From contig JBBTCT010000008.1 of the NCBI GenBank assembly GCA_038060895.1, forward strand, positions 1 to 64,000: a DNA stretch of 64,000 nucleotides, in the 5' to 3' direction. The position numbers and the translations under genes were made by a program. This document shows positions 29,980 to 39,666 of the stretch, piece by piece. The DNA is from Planctomycetota bacterium (GTDB taxonomy: Bacteria; Planctomycetota; MHYJ01; WSZJ01). The notes below the pieces were generated by a model. It was not told the origin of the DNA. It saw nothing but the letters and a program-made list of their open reading frames with translations, and ran no database searches. The first letter of the stretch is position 1. Each line of letters begins with the position of its first letter.

Positions 29980-32900
29980 ATGCGTCCATTCCCGCTCGCC
30001 TGTCTCGCCCTGTCTCTCGCCGCCCTCATCGCGGGATGTGCGTCCGAATCGGATAAGAAGCCCGCGGATTCCGGCGGCGGCGGGACGACCGCGGCTACCG
30101 ACAAGCCCGCGGACAAACCCGCGGACAAACCGGCTGAACCGCCCGCGGAAAAGGTGAAGACCGTCTCCCTCGGTGACGAAGAAGCCGCTCTCCGGCAGAT
30201 GCTAGCCGGAGACTTCGACGCCGAAATGAAGTCCTACGAGGCGCTCATGGCCACGAACGCCGCTTCGCCGATGTGCGACTACTACTGGTCGCGCTACATG
30301 GAAGCCGCGGACTTCGCGGACGACGACGTGACCGAGGAAATCGTCCGGGCGACGGACCGGCTGCTGCCCAAGGGGCTGCACCCGCTGGCGGAAGCGCACG
30401 CGCGGAACTACCGGATGCTGGTGTCGCGCGGGAAAGGAAAGATCGCGGACGCGGAGAAGGAAGCGGTCGAGCTGGGATACGTGCGCGACTGGTTCCTCTG
30501 CGGCCCGTTTGACAACGAGTCGGAGACCGGGTTCAAGAACGCGTACGGGCCCGAGAAGGACTTCGGCCTCGACAAGGAGTACGAAGGGAAGCACGGGAAG
30601 AACCGCTGGTTCCGCTCGGGGGCGCGCGCGAGTTTCGGAGAAGTGGACCTGGCGCAGCTGTTCCGGCTTGCGAGCGATGTCTGCGCCTACGCGGTGGCGT
30701 ACGTGAAGAGCGACGCGACGAAGCCCGTGGCTCTTCGGCTGGGGAGCGATGGAGCGACGAAGATCTGGGTGAACGGGAAGCCCGCGATGGCCTCCGACAG
30801 CTACCGGCAGGCGGGATTCGACCAGGATGCAGCGGGGGCAGTGCTGGAGAAGGGCTGGAACGTGATTCTCGTGAAGGTCTGCCAGAAGGGCGGCGGCGAG
30901 GACACGAAGAACCTCGAGGACCTGTCGTGGGAATTCGGCCTTCGCCTGACGGAGCCGGACGGGCGGAAGCTGGCCGGGTGGGAAAGCGAAGGGGATCTTG
31001 CGAAGGCGAAGGGGCTGAAGATCTCTGAGCCGTCGGGCGTCGAGGCGGCGAAGGTCGAGACTGGATCCGAGGGCGTTCTGCTCGAGAACGTGAAGGCGAA
31101 GAGCGACGACGCGGCATCGCGGGCGCGGCTGGCGTTCCTGAAAATGCACCGGCACGAGCTCGACGAAAACGACCGCGGCGTGCGGGACGTGCTGCGCGAA
31201 GCCGTCAAGATCGCGGACGGCGAACCCGTCTTCTGGCTCTGGCTGGGCATGGCGGAAGATGCCAAGAACCGCCAGCTCCCGGCGCTCCACAAGGCCCTCG
31301 ATCTTTCGCCCGGCTCCCCCCTCATCCTCTGCAAGGACGGCGAGCTCCACGCGGGGCAGATCGACGAGAAGGCCGAGGCGCGCTTCAAGGAGGCCCTCGC
31401 GTCGCGCAAGGGGATCGTCATGGCGCGGATGGACCTCGCGCAGCTCTACGCGCGGAGGGGCGGCGTGTGGGTGAACGAGGCGAAGAAAATCTACCAGGGG
31501 ATCATCAAGGACTTCCCGAACCACGGGATCGCGAAGGCGGACCTGGCGCGGATGTCGAACGAAGCGCCGGTGGAGCAGACGAAGTTCCTCGAGGAGCGGC
31601 TTGCGGGCTGGGGGCTGGACTTCGCGGTGCGCGGGCAGCTCATCGGCGTCTACCGGCGGACGGGGCAGTTTGAGAAGGCCATCGCGCTCTGCGACGCCCG
31701 CCTCGCGATGCAGCCCTTCGACGTGAACGCGCACATGCTCGCCGCCGTGATTTACGAATCCCAGGGGCAGTGGGACAAGGCGACGGCGCGCTACCAGGCG
31801 GCGCTCGCGATTTCGCCCGAGAACATCAGCGTCATGATCGCGGCCGCGAACTGCGCGATCTCGGCGGAGAAGAACGAGGAGGCGGTGAAGTGGCTCGGCG
31901 ACGCGCTCGCCGTCCGGCCGAACCAGCCCGACGTGACGAAGCGGCTGCGCTCGCTCAAGCCGAAGGAGAAGGAGTTCTGGCGCGGGTACGAAGTCGAGCT
32001 GAAGCCCTACATCGATGCGGCGAAGGCGGCGAAGAAGCAGGGCGACGAGTCGGCGACCTACGTCTTCAAGCACGACGCCGTCTTCGTGAACGAGAACGGG
32101 ACCTGCAATTACTTCACGCAACAGGTCGTCAAGCTGCACGACGACAAGGCCGCCAACGAGTTCCGCTTCGCCTCCGCCATCGGCGGGCACTTCGACACGT
32201 TCAGCGGCGGGCGCGCGGAATTCAGGACGGCGCGGCTCATCCGCCCGGACGGGACCGAGGTCGAGGGCGAGCGCCGCGAAGGACAGTGGGGCTGCCGCTT
32301 CGCCAACCCGAACGCCGGCGACGTCATCGTGCTCGAGTTCCAGATGGAGGAGAGCGGCGAGCCCCGCTACAAGGGGTACTTCGGGCTGCTCCTGCCTCTT
32401 CAGCCGGAATTCCAGCCGGTGGCGAACGCGAAGATCACGCTGGTGCACCCGGAGACGAAACCGATCTATCACGAAGCGGTGCGGTTCAACTCGAAGCCGG
32501 AGATCAGGCAGGTCGACAAGACGCTGATCACGACGTGGGAAATCGCGAATATCGGCTACATCCAGGACGAGCCGGCGATGCCCGCGTTCTACGAGACGGT
32601 GCCGTACCTGCACTTCTCGACCTTCAAGACCTGGCAGGACGTCGGCGAGTGGTTCAGCGGGCTGGTGAAGGACCGGTTTGAAGCGTCGGAAGAGATGAAG
32701 ACGGAGGTGAAGAAGGCGGTTGCCGGCGCGAAGACGAAGATGGAGAAGATCGAGGCGCTGTACCAGCTGATGGTGAGCCGGACGCGGTACGAGGCGCTCG
32801 GGCTCGAGAACCACGCGTACCTGCCGTTCAAGGCGAGCGAGACGTTTGAGCGGCACTACGGCGACTGCAAGGACACGGCGACGCTCTTCGTGACGATGAT

Positions 32901-33804
32901 GCGCGAGGCGGGGGAGGAAGCGAACATGGTCCTCATCCGCACGAACCAGGGCGGTGCGATCGCGACGGGGCTGCCGTCGATGAAGGTGTTCGACCACTGC
33001 ATCGCGTGGGTGCCGGACGCGGGGAACGGGAAGGGGATGTTCGTGGACGGGACGGCGCGGTACTACTCGGTGAAGGATCTGCCGTCGATGGACCAGGGGG
33101 CGCTCGTCTTCATCGTGCGGCAGGACGACAAGGCTGCCGCGCAGATCAGCGAGTGGCTTCCGCCGGAGATGAACGCCCGCCAGCGCGTGATCACGGTGAC
33201 GATCAAGGAGGACGGGAGCGCGACGGTGGTCGAGAAGGGGACCGTGACCGGGATGGACGCCGGCCAGATGCGGAGCCGCTTCCAGGAGGGGGCGAAGCGC
33301 GAGAAGGAGTGGGAGAACTGGTACAACCGCGTGTTCGACTCCGTGAAGGTCGACAAGCTCTCGTTCAACGACCTGTCGAACTACAACCTGCCGGTCGAGT
33401 ACACGGCGGAGTACAGCGTGCCGCACTTTGCGCGCAAGGAAGGGCGCGGCGTGGTGATCCGGCCGTCCCTGTTCCCCTCGAAGATGCTCGAGAACTACGG
33501 GCAGCTTTCGGAGCGCCAGCACGACCTCCTGCTCGAGTTCCCGCGGACGCGCAGCGAGAAGGTGATCTTCGAGTTGCCCGCCGGCTGGAAGGCGCGCAGC
33601 CTGCCCGCGGCCGTCGACCGCGACACGCCCCTCGGCGCGTTCCACCTGAAGGCGAAGGCGGAGGGGAACCGGATCGAGGTCGAGAGCGGGATGACGCTGA
33701 AGGCGCCGCGGATCCCGAAGGGGGACTACAAGGCGTGGAGAGATTTTGCCGGCGAGGTCGACCGGGCGCAGGAGGATGAGATCGTGATCGAGCCGGAGAA
33801 GTAG
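29980..33804 (+). CDS. Lipoprotein with TPR repeats, DUF3857 and an intact transglutaminase-like domain
   Basis: Lipobox IAGC, DKPA linker repeats, TPRs, GDCKD/FDHCI/FVDGT triad. Confidence 0.85.
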   Translation: MRPFPLACLALSLAALIAGCASESDKKPADSGGGGTTAATDKPADKPADKPAEPPAEKVKTVSLGDEEAALRQMLAGDFDAEMKSYEALMATNAASPMCDYYWSRYMEAADFADDDVTEEIVRATDRLLPKGLHPLAEAHARNYRMLVSRGKGKIADAEKEAVELGYVRDWFLCGPFDNESETGFKNAYGPEKDFGLDKEYEGKHGKNRWFRSGARASFGEVDLAQLFRLASDVCAYAVAYVKSDATKPVALRLGSDGATKIWVNGKPAMASDSYRQAGFDQDAAGAVLEKGWNVILVKVCQKGGGEDTKNLEDLSWEFGLRLTEPDGRKLAGWESEGDLAKAKGLKISEPSGVEAAKVETGSEGVLLENVKAKSDDAASRARLAFLKMHRHELDENDRGVRDVLREAVKIADGEPVFWLWLGMAEDAKNRQLPALHKALDLSPGSPLILCKDGELHAGQIDEKAEARFKEALASRKGIVMARMDLAQLYARRGGVWVNEAKKIYQGIIKDFPNHGIAKADLARMSNEAPVEQTKFLEERLAGWGLDFAVRGQLIGVYRRTGQFEKAIALCDARLAMQPFDVNAHMLAAVIYESQGQWDKATARYQAALAISPENISVMIAAANCAISAEKNEEAVKWLGDALAVRPNQPDVTKRLRSLKPKEKEFWRGYEVELKPYIDAAKAAKKQGDESATYVFKHDAVFVNENGTCNYFTQQVVKLHDDKAANEFRFASAIGGHFDTFSGGRAEFRTARLIRPDGTEVEGERREGQWGCRFANPNAGDVIVLEFQMEESGEPRYKGYFGLLLPLQPEFQPVANAKITLVHPETKPIYHEAVRFNSKPEIRQVDKTLITTWEIANIGYIQDEPAMPAFYETVPYLHFSTFKTWQDVGEWFSGLVKDRFEASEEMKTEVKKAVAGAKTKMEKIEALYQLMVSRTRYEALGLENHAYLPFKASETFERHYGDCKDTATLFVTMMREAGEEANMVLIRTNQGGAIATGLPSMKVFDHCIAWVPDAGNGKGMFVDGTARYYSVKDLPSMDQGALVFIVRQDDKAAAQISEWLPPEMNARQRVITVTIKEDGSATVVEKGTVTGMDAGQMRSRFQEGAKREKEWENWYNRVFDSVKVDKLSFNDLSNYNLPVEYTAEYSVPHFARKEGRGVVIRPSLFPSKMLENYGQLSERQHDLLLEFPRTRSEKVIFELPAGWKARSLPAAVDRDTPLGAFHLKAKAEGNRIEVESGMTLKAPRIPKGDYKAWRDFAGEVDRAQEDEIVIEPEK

Positions 33805-33837
33805 GTTGAAGGTCAGAGGTCGAAGGTCGAAGGTTCG
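33803..33837. repeat. AGGTCGA heptamer array x5
   Basis: aggttga aggtcag aggtcga aggtcga aggttcg. Confidence 0.8.
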
Positions 33838-33862
33838 CCCGGGACACCAACGTGGAGATTCC

Positions 33863-36800
33863 ATGAACAGGCTTCGTGTTTTCGCCCTGCTGCTCCTGAC
33901 GGCCCTCTCGATCTCTGCCGATGATTCCGTCTTCTGGCTCGACAAGGAATCTGCCGAAGCGGCGACCGCGAAGCTGACGAGCATTCCCGAAGCCAAGCGC
34001 ACCTGCGCGGACCAGGTGAAGCTCGGCTGGGCGATCCTCCTCTACCAGAACGACGCCGACCGGGCGCTCGTGGAGTTCAAGCGCGCAACGGAGCTGGACC
34101 CGAAGTCCGGCGACGCGTGGGAAGGCGTGCACACGGCGTCGCTCGCACGGATGCAGAATGACGTCGGCGCCGAGGCCGTGAAGAACATCGCTCTTGCAGA
34201 ACCCGACTCCGCCCGCGTCGAAGCCCTCTTCCGCGTCGGCCGCGTCCAGCAGAGCCTCTTCAACCAGTGGGCAGTCCCGAAGCGGATCGAGTTCGCGAAG
34301 GAACTGCTCGGGAAAACGAAGAACGTCTTCACGCAGTTCGCGCTTCACCAGTGGCTGGAGGGTCTTTACGAGACGCAGGTGCGCACGGACCTCGCATTCG
34401 AGGAGTGGAAGGCTCAGGGCCACGTCGCGAAGTGGCAGTCGATCGGGTTCTTCGGCCCGGGCGGGGCGGCTTGCTGGGACGACGCGCTTCCGCCGGAGAG
34501 CGAATTCAAACCGGTTGCGGAGTACACGGTCGGGATGGGGAAGGCGGCGTGGGCGGCGGTGGAGCATGGTGTCGGCGACACGGACGGCGTTACGGCGGTG
34601 CGGACGTTCACAAGCCGCGGGACGTGCTTCTTCATGCACGCGGCGCTGACGTGCCCGGAAGAGCGCGAAGCGTGGATCCGTGTGGTGACGTCGATGAGCT
34701 CGAAGGTGTGGCTGAACGGCGTGCTGGTTGGCGTGAACGACCTCGTGAGGCACGAGGGATCGAACGAGAAATGGTTCGGCGTGACGCTGTCAAAGGGCGC
34801 AAACGTTCTGCTCGTGAAGTACGTCGCGCCTGGATTCCAGTACGCGCACGAGCTGACGCTTCATCATGCCGACGGCCGCGCGATGACGGACGTCGAGAGC
34901 GCGATCGTCGAGAAGGACCCGGCCGTGAAGCCGAACGGCCGCGAGGCGCGCGGCGGGCAGGTCGCCGGAGACTGCTACGCGACGCTCGTCCCCAAGGCGA
35001 AGGACCTCGCGGCGTGCACCCTTCGGGAAGCGGTGCTCGTGACGCAGCTGTACCAGGTCGCGGGGCTCTCGCAGGAAGCCGAGGACGTCTGCCAGCGCGC
35101 GTTCGACAAGGCCGCGCTCTCGGCGTACGTGCAGTTCTTCCGCGGCGCTTTCGTGGCCGAATACGAATTCCTGCCTCCGTCCCGCCGCGCGAACATCGCG
35201 CGCACGCACCAGGAGCGCGCCGTCGCGCTCGACCCGCGCTTCGTCCCCTCGCTCCTCTCGCTCGCGCGCGAAAAGGCCGAGAAAGAAACCGAGAAGGCGG
35301 TCGATCTCCTCCAGCAGGTCCTTTCCGCCAACCCGGACTGTCCCGAGGGCTGGTCCGCGCTCGCGCAGATCCAGGCAAACCGCGGCTGGCGCGCGGAGCA
35401 GATCAAGGCCCTCAAGAAGGCCGCCGAGTGCGGCGCTGGCGACTACGGCAACACCGCCGCCGTCGCGCGCGAACACGCCGCCGAGCTGAACTACGACGCG
35501 GCGTTCGAGGTCATCGCCGCGATCAAGAAGGCCAACGGGTTCGTGGCCTACTGGGAAGAGATCGAGCTGCTCGGGCAGGCCGGCAGGACTGACGAACAGA
35601 TGGCGGCGCTCGAGGCCTACCGCAAGTGCTACCCGCGCAACGACAACGTCGTCCAGCTCATCGCCGCGCTCCGCGAACGCCAGGGGAAGGTCGAGGAGGC
35701 CGAAGCGCTTCTCAAGGAAGCCGTTGCCATGAATCCCCGCAACGGCGGAACGCTCCAGCGTCTTCTCAAGTTCTACATAGACCACAATCTTCTCGAAAAG
35801 GCGCGTGCCCTTCTGGCCGAGGTCATGAAATCCCCCGCGCGACTCAACGCCTACGACGAGGCCTCGCGCCGCTACATGGCGTTCCTCGCCGGCGAGGGCG
35901 ACGACTGGACGAAGCCGTGGGACATGGATGTCGTAAAGCTCGTGAAGGAAGCTCCGTCCCCGGACAAGTTCGGGAAGACGCTCCACACCGCGACGCTTTT
36001 CGAACAGCGCCTCGTCCGCGTCATCGGCGCCGACTTCAAGTGGATCGAAGAGGACGAGCACCGCGTCATCATGATCCTGTCGAAGGAAGGCGGCGAGCAG
36101 TACGGCCAGCTTCCGCTGGGCCGCGGGGATTGGGAACACTTTCGCATCCGCGAGCTCCGCGTCTTCACCCCCGACGGCCGCATCCTCGAGGCCGACAGCG
36201 CGCAGGACCGCGGCGGGATCCGCATGCCCGAGCTCGAGCGCGGCGCCGTGCTCGAGTTCCGCACATCGACCGCGCGCGGCCCGATCGGCGTCGACCAGCC
36301 GGCCTTCGCCGTCGAAACGCCCGCGCCGTTCCGGCACTTCAATGAGCCCGTCCTCCGCAGCCGCTATGTCGTCGTGATGCCCAAGGGCGCGCCCGTCCGG
36401 CTCGTTGCGCCGCGCATGGAAGAAGCGAAGGTCACGGAGACGCCGGAAACGACGACGCACGAGTGGGATTTCCGCGACCTCGCGGAGATCGAGGAAGAAC
36501 TGAGCATGGCGCCTGAAGACGAGTGGCTCCCGACGGTGCGCTTCCTGTCGGGCAAATCGACGATGGAGCCGGTCATTGAGAATTTCCGCTCGCAGGCGAT
36601 GGGGCTGCCCGTGACGCTCGACGTCGTGGCGAAGGCCGCGGAGCTGACGAAGGGGTGCGCGGACAAGGAAGCGAAGGTGCGGGCGATCTTCAAGTACGTC
36701 GTGAGCGAGATCAAGGCCGGCCAGAACCGGATCCCGAGCCACACGCTCGCGGAGAAGGAAGGCCAGGCGGACGACCTCTTCATGGCCCTTCTCCGCGCCT

Positions 36801-37708
36801 GCGACATTCCGTTCGGGGTCGCGTTCGCGCGCGGTCCGAAGCCGATGTGGAAGGAGTACGACCCCGAGCTCGGCCAGCCCCCCTACGGCACGCCGGTATT
36901 CCTCGTCCACCTCGACAAGCGCGACATCTGGCTCTGGCCGTCCCGCTGGAACAGCTGGGGCGCCCTGCCGAACAACGTTTACGGCGGCGACGCGATGGTC
37001 GTCGAGGGCCGCAACGTGTACTTCCGCAACATGCCTTCGGTGCCGCTGGAGGAAAAGGTGATCTCCGTCCGCCTCCACGCGAAGATCGACCAAGAAGCGA
37101 TGGCCGACGTCGGCGGCGCGCTCGTCTTCTCGCAGGGGATCGCCGGCATGGTCCGCAACCAGCTGGAGCAGGTCGTCGACCCCGCGCAGCTCCGCACGAT
37201 CGTCCAGCAGCGCGCGAACATGTTCTTCAAGGGCGTCACCGTCACGAAGACCGAGGTGAACGCGTTCGACCTCGACCAGTCCGAGCTCGCCATCTCGTTC
37301 GAAGGAACCTGCAAGGGCTTCGCGCAGCGCAAGGCCGACTCCGACAGGATCACGTTCCGCGGCTGCTCCCCTCCGCTCAACCTCTCGCAGCAGCTCGTCC
37401 GCGAAAGCGACCGCAAGCTCCCGATGCGCGCCTACTGGGCCCAGCAGGTCACAACCTGCGGAACGATGGTCATCGAGCTTCCCGAGTACGCCGAGATCAA
37501 GGTCCCCGACAGCGTCGCGCTCGCGACCGAGTTCGGGACGTACAACCTCACGTACCGGTTGGACGGAAGAACACTCAGTGTCGAGCGCCGCGCCGAGTTC
37601 AACCAGATGGACATCGATCCGTCACGGTGGGCGGCGTTTGGTGATCTGTGTAAGGCGATCGACGATGCGGAGAAGAGGCAGGTGGTTCTGAAGGTGAAGG
37701 GGAAGTAA
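33863..37708 (+). CDS. Secreted TPR + DUF3857/transglutaminase-like paralog lacking the catalytic Cys
   Basis: Same architecture as the upstream gene; EGQADDL in place of GDCKD; GGAG RBS. Confidence 0.8.
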   Translation: MNRLRVFALLLLTALSISADDSVFWLDKESAEAATAKLTSIPEAKRTCADQVKLGWAILLYQNDADRALVEFKRATELDPKSGDAWEGVHTASLARMQNDVGAEAVKNIALAEPDSARVEALFRVGRVQQSLFNQWAVPKRIEFAKELLGKTKNVFTQFALHQWLEGLYETQVRTDLAFEEWKAQGHVAKWQSIGFFGPGGAACWDDALPPESEFKPVAEYTVGMGKAAWAAVEHGVGDTDGVTAVRTFTSRGTCFFMHAALTCPEEREAWIRVVTSMSSKVWLNGVLVGVNDLVRHEGSNEKWFGVTLSKGANVLLVKYVAPGFQYAHELTLHHADGRAMTDVESAIVEKDPAVKPNGREARGGQVAGDCYATLVPKAKDLAACTLREAVLVTQLYQVAGLSQEAEDVCQRAFDKAALSAYVQFFRGAFVAEYEFLPPSRRANIARTHQERAVALDPRFVPSLLSLAREKAEKETEKAVDLLQQVLSANPDCPEGWSALAQIQANRGWRAEQIKALKKAAECGAGDYGNTAAVAREHAAELNYDAAFEVIAAIKKANGFVAYWEEIELLGQAGRTDEQMAALEAYRKCYPRNDNVVQLIAALRERQGKVEEAEALLKEAVAMNPRNGGTLQRLLKFYIDHNLLEKARALLAEVMKSPARLNAYDEASRRYMAFLAGEGDDWTKPWDMDVVKLVKEAPSPDKFGKTLHTATLFEQRLVRVIGADFKWIEEDEHRVIMILSKEGGEQYGQLPLGRGDWEHFRIRELRVFTPDGRILEADSAQDRGGIRMPELERGAVLEFRTSTARGPIGVDQPAFAVETPAPFRHFNEPVLRSRYVVVMPKGAPVRLVAPRMEEAKVTETPETTTHEWDFRDLAEIEEELSMAPEDEWLPTVRFLSGKSTMEPVIENFRSQAMGLPVTLDVVAKAAELTKGCADKEAKVRAIFKYVVSEIKAGQNRIPSHTLAEKEGQADDLFMALLRACDIPFGVAFARGPKPMWKEYDPELGQPPYGTPVFLVHLDKRDIWLWPSRWNSWGALPNNVYGGDAMVVEGRNVYFRNMPSVPLEEKVISVRLHAKIDQEAMADVGGALVFSQGIAGMVRNQLEQVVDPAQLRTIVQQRANMFFKGVTVTKTEVNAFDLDQSELAISFEGTCKGFAQRKADSDRITFRGCSPPLNLSQQLVRESDRKLPMRAYWAQQVTTCGTMVIELPEYAEIKVPDSVALATEFGTYNLTYRLDGRTLSVERRAEFNQMDIDPSRWAAFGDLCKAIDDAEKRQVVLKVKGK

Positions 37709-37711
37709 GAG

Positions 37712-38050
37712 TTGCGCATCTTCCAACCGGTCAAGCCGTCGGCGGAGGATTTGGCGCGCGCAAGCAAGTTGGCTGTTTTGACCGCCTGCCCTCGACGGTA
37801 TTGCTGGTGGTGGAAGACCTTGGGATTCGATTGGGATATCCCGGTTGAAGAAGGGTGCCAGTTCCTGAAGGTCTCCAAGCCAGCCGGCTGGAGTTCTACT
37901 GACGTCCCGTGCTCACGGTGCGTATCTAACTCGGGGATCGACCACTACGAACCGCGGGAGCCTCATCTGATCGAGGACGGGTTCCATGAGAATCGGTTCT
38001 GTGGCCCTACGCATCGCATCCGGGATGATGAACGTCCGCCAATTGCCTGA
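37712..38050 (+). CDS. Cys/Trp-rich hypothetical protein
   Basis: 112-aa ORF, TTG start 3 nt after the previous stop; CPRRYCWWW and CSRC; lower GC. Confidence 0.5.
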   Translation: MRIFQPVKPSAEDLARASKLAVLTACPRRYCWWWKTLGFDWDIPVEEGCQFLKVSKPAGWSSTDVPCSRCVSNSGIDHYEPREPHLIEDGFHENRFCGPTHRIRDDERPPIA

Positions 38051-38073
38051 ACCGGGAGCGGTGACTGCCTTAC

Positions 38074-38343
38074 CTAGCCAGCTTCGACGAATTTCCCGAC
38101 CGGAACCTTCACGACGGGACCGCTCCGACGGCGCATGAGCAACGCGGCCTGCCGGAGCACCGAAGCGTGGTAGTACTTCGCTTTGCAGCGGTTGCAAACC
38201 CCGATCGGGGCCTGCTCGAGCGCAACGAACCCGATCTTGCCAACCCGGATCAGTTCGCGCGGCAGGACTACGCAGTCGACGCGGCCGCCGTCGCAGTACT
38301 CGCAGGGGTGGCTGTACATCCCGTCAGGCTTCCGCGATTTCAT
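38074..38343 (-). CDS. YgiT-type zinc-finger protein (MqsA-like antitoxin domain)
   Basis: CEYC...AP.GVCNRCKAKYY.A.V pattern. Confidence 0.82.
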   Translation of the reverse strand: MKSRKPDGMYSHPCEYCDGGRVDCVVLPRELIRVGKIGFVALEQAPIGVCNRCKAKYYHASVLRQAALLMRRRSGPVVKVPVGKFVEAG

Positions 38344-38375
38344 ACACAGTGATTATAACTTGCTGCGATGTGCCT
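38324..38375 (-). pseudogene. 3' remnant of a DUF4258-like toxin gene
   Basis: Frame reads QQVIITVYEIAEA*, the typical DUF4258 C-terminus, overlapping the YgiT start; no recognisable N-terminal part upstream. Confidence 0.45.
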
Positions 38376-38714
38376 TCCCCACCCGCATCCACTGCGGGCT
38401 GTGCGCTCGGCCCGGGTACCGATGATGAAAAGGGGGGGGACAAATTGCCCCCACCCCTCGGTGCCCCTGCCACTCGGGACGGCAGAACCCCCACTGCGAA
38501 GAAGGAGGGCTTCGCGGTAAATTTTGTCGTAAGAAGTGTCTCGCCGAGCGGGGTACGGCAGGCGCGAAGGCGGCATTCAGCGGTGGGGAGGGATCGGCCT
38601 GGTTTTCTCGTGGTACTGGCACGGCGCTTGGTCGACGTTTTCCAGGTCGACATGGATGACTTGAAGCGCGAAATCTTACGCGTCTGAGGTTTGCGTCGTG
38701 AATCGGACCGCCTT

Positions 38715-39602
38715 CTAGAACACCCCGGCCGTTCCCAGCTGCATCCATTTCGCGCTATGCGCCCCGCCCAGCCGCCCCTTCGCATCCACGCCGATGATCC
38801 CGCATTCGACGCCGTGCTTAAGCGCGTACTTCGCGGTCGCATCGAGCGCAGCCTGGCAAGGCAGCCGCTTCATGAGATCGACCGCGTGCCGGCCGAGGCA
38901 CAGGCGCATCACGCCCTCGCCGTGGCCGGTCATTGAGATCGCACCGTACCGGTTGGCGCACGTCCCGGCTCCCGGAATCGGCGAGTCGCCCACGCGCCCG
39001 GGGAGCTTCATCCAGATGCCGCCGGTACTGGTCGCAACCGCGAACCGGCCCTTTGCATCCATCGCGCACGCGCCGACCGTGTCGAACAGGCCGTAGGCCT
39101 TCTGCCACTTCGAGATCCTCTTCCAGAAGCGGAAATCGGGGCCGGTCTTTCCGCGGCGAAGTTCTTCCTTGAGCTGGTTCCAGACGGTGACGCGCTCGGG
39201 GGTGCGGGGGTCGTAGTCGGGGTGGCCCATGATGCGGGCGAAGCGCGTGGCGCCTTTGCCGACGAGGAGGTGGTGGTCGGTCTTTTCCATGACGGCGCGG
39301 GCGATGGCGATGGGGTACTGGGTGCGGCGGAGGCCGGCGACGGCGCCGATGCGGCCATCGTCGGTCATGAGGCAGGCGTCGAGTTCGCAGTCGCCTTCCA
39401 TGGTGAGGACGGCGCCGGTGGCGGCGTCGAAGATCGGGTGGTCTTCGAGGACGTTGACGGCGAGTTCGACCATGTCGACGGCGCTTCGGCCGCGCATCCC
39501 GGCCTGCGCCGCGCGGTCGAGCACGGACTGGCGCTCGCCGGTTGGGCCTGTGGGGCCGCGGCCGGCGCCGCCGTGGACGATGATCGACTTGGTGGAGCTC
39601 AT
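38715..39602 (-). CDS. Isoaspartyl peptidase/L-asparaginase (Ntn hydrolase), paralog 1
   Basis: VHGGAG, LEDHP.FDA, DTVGAC, ATSTGG, GRVGDSPIPGAG, TGHGE. Confidence 0.92.
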   Translation of the reverse strand: MSSTKSIIVHGGAGRGPTGPTGERQSVLDRAAQAGMRGRSAVDMVELAVNVLEDHPIFDAATGAVLTMEGDCELDACLMTDDGRIGAVAGLRRTQYPIAIARAVMEKTDHHLLVGKGATRFARIMGHPDYDPRTPERVTVWNQLKEELRRGKTGPDFRFWKRISKWQKAYGLFDTVGACAMDAKGRFAVATSTGGIWMKLPGRVGDSPIPGAGTCANRYGAISMTGHGEGVMRLCLGRHAVDLMKRLPCQAALDATAKYALKHGVECGIIGVDAKGRLGGAHSAKWMQLGTAGVF

Positions 39603-39608
39603 CTGGTT

Positions 39609-39655
39609 TGAGTTTTGAGTCTTGAGTATTGAGTAGGAAGGAGTGCGGAGTTGGG
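39609..39655. repeat. (T/G)GAGTNN heptamer array, copy 2
   Basis: tgagttt tgagtct tgagtat tgagtag gaa ggagtgc ggagttg; core shared with 29801-29845. Confidence 0.75.
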
Positions 39656-39666
39656 AGGGAGCAGGG

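Noticed and set aside
30202-34002. Very long antisense ORFs (also 6663-9209, 34790-37093, 46050-47894, 42540-44330)
   Set aside because: Shadow ORFs caused by high-GC codon bias opposite genes with clear motifs; their translations are Arg/Leu/Val-rich with no recognisable motifs.
38349-38687. Possible degenerate Xre-type HTH (VRQARRR...LARRLVDVFQVDMDDL)
   Set aside because: The central helices are missing, there is no good start or RBS, and the similarity is too short to support a call.
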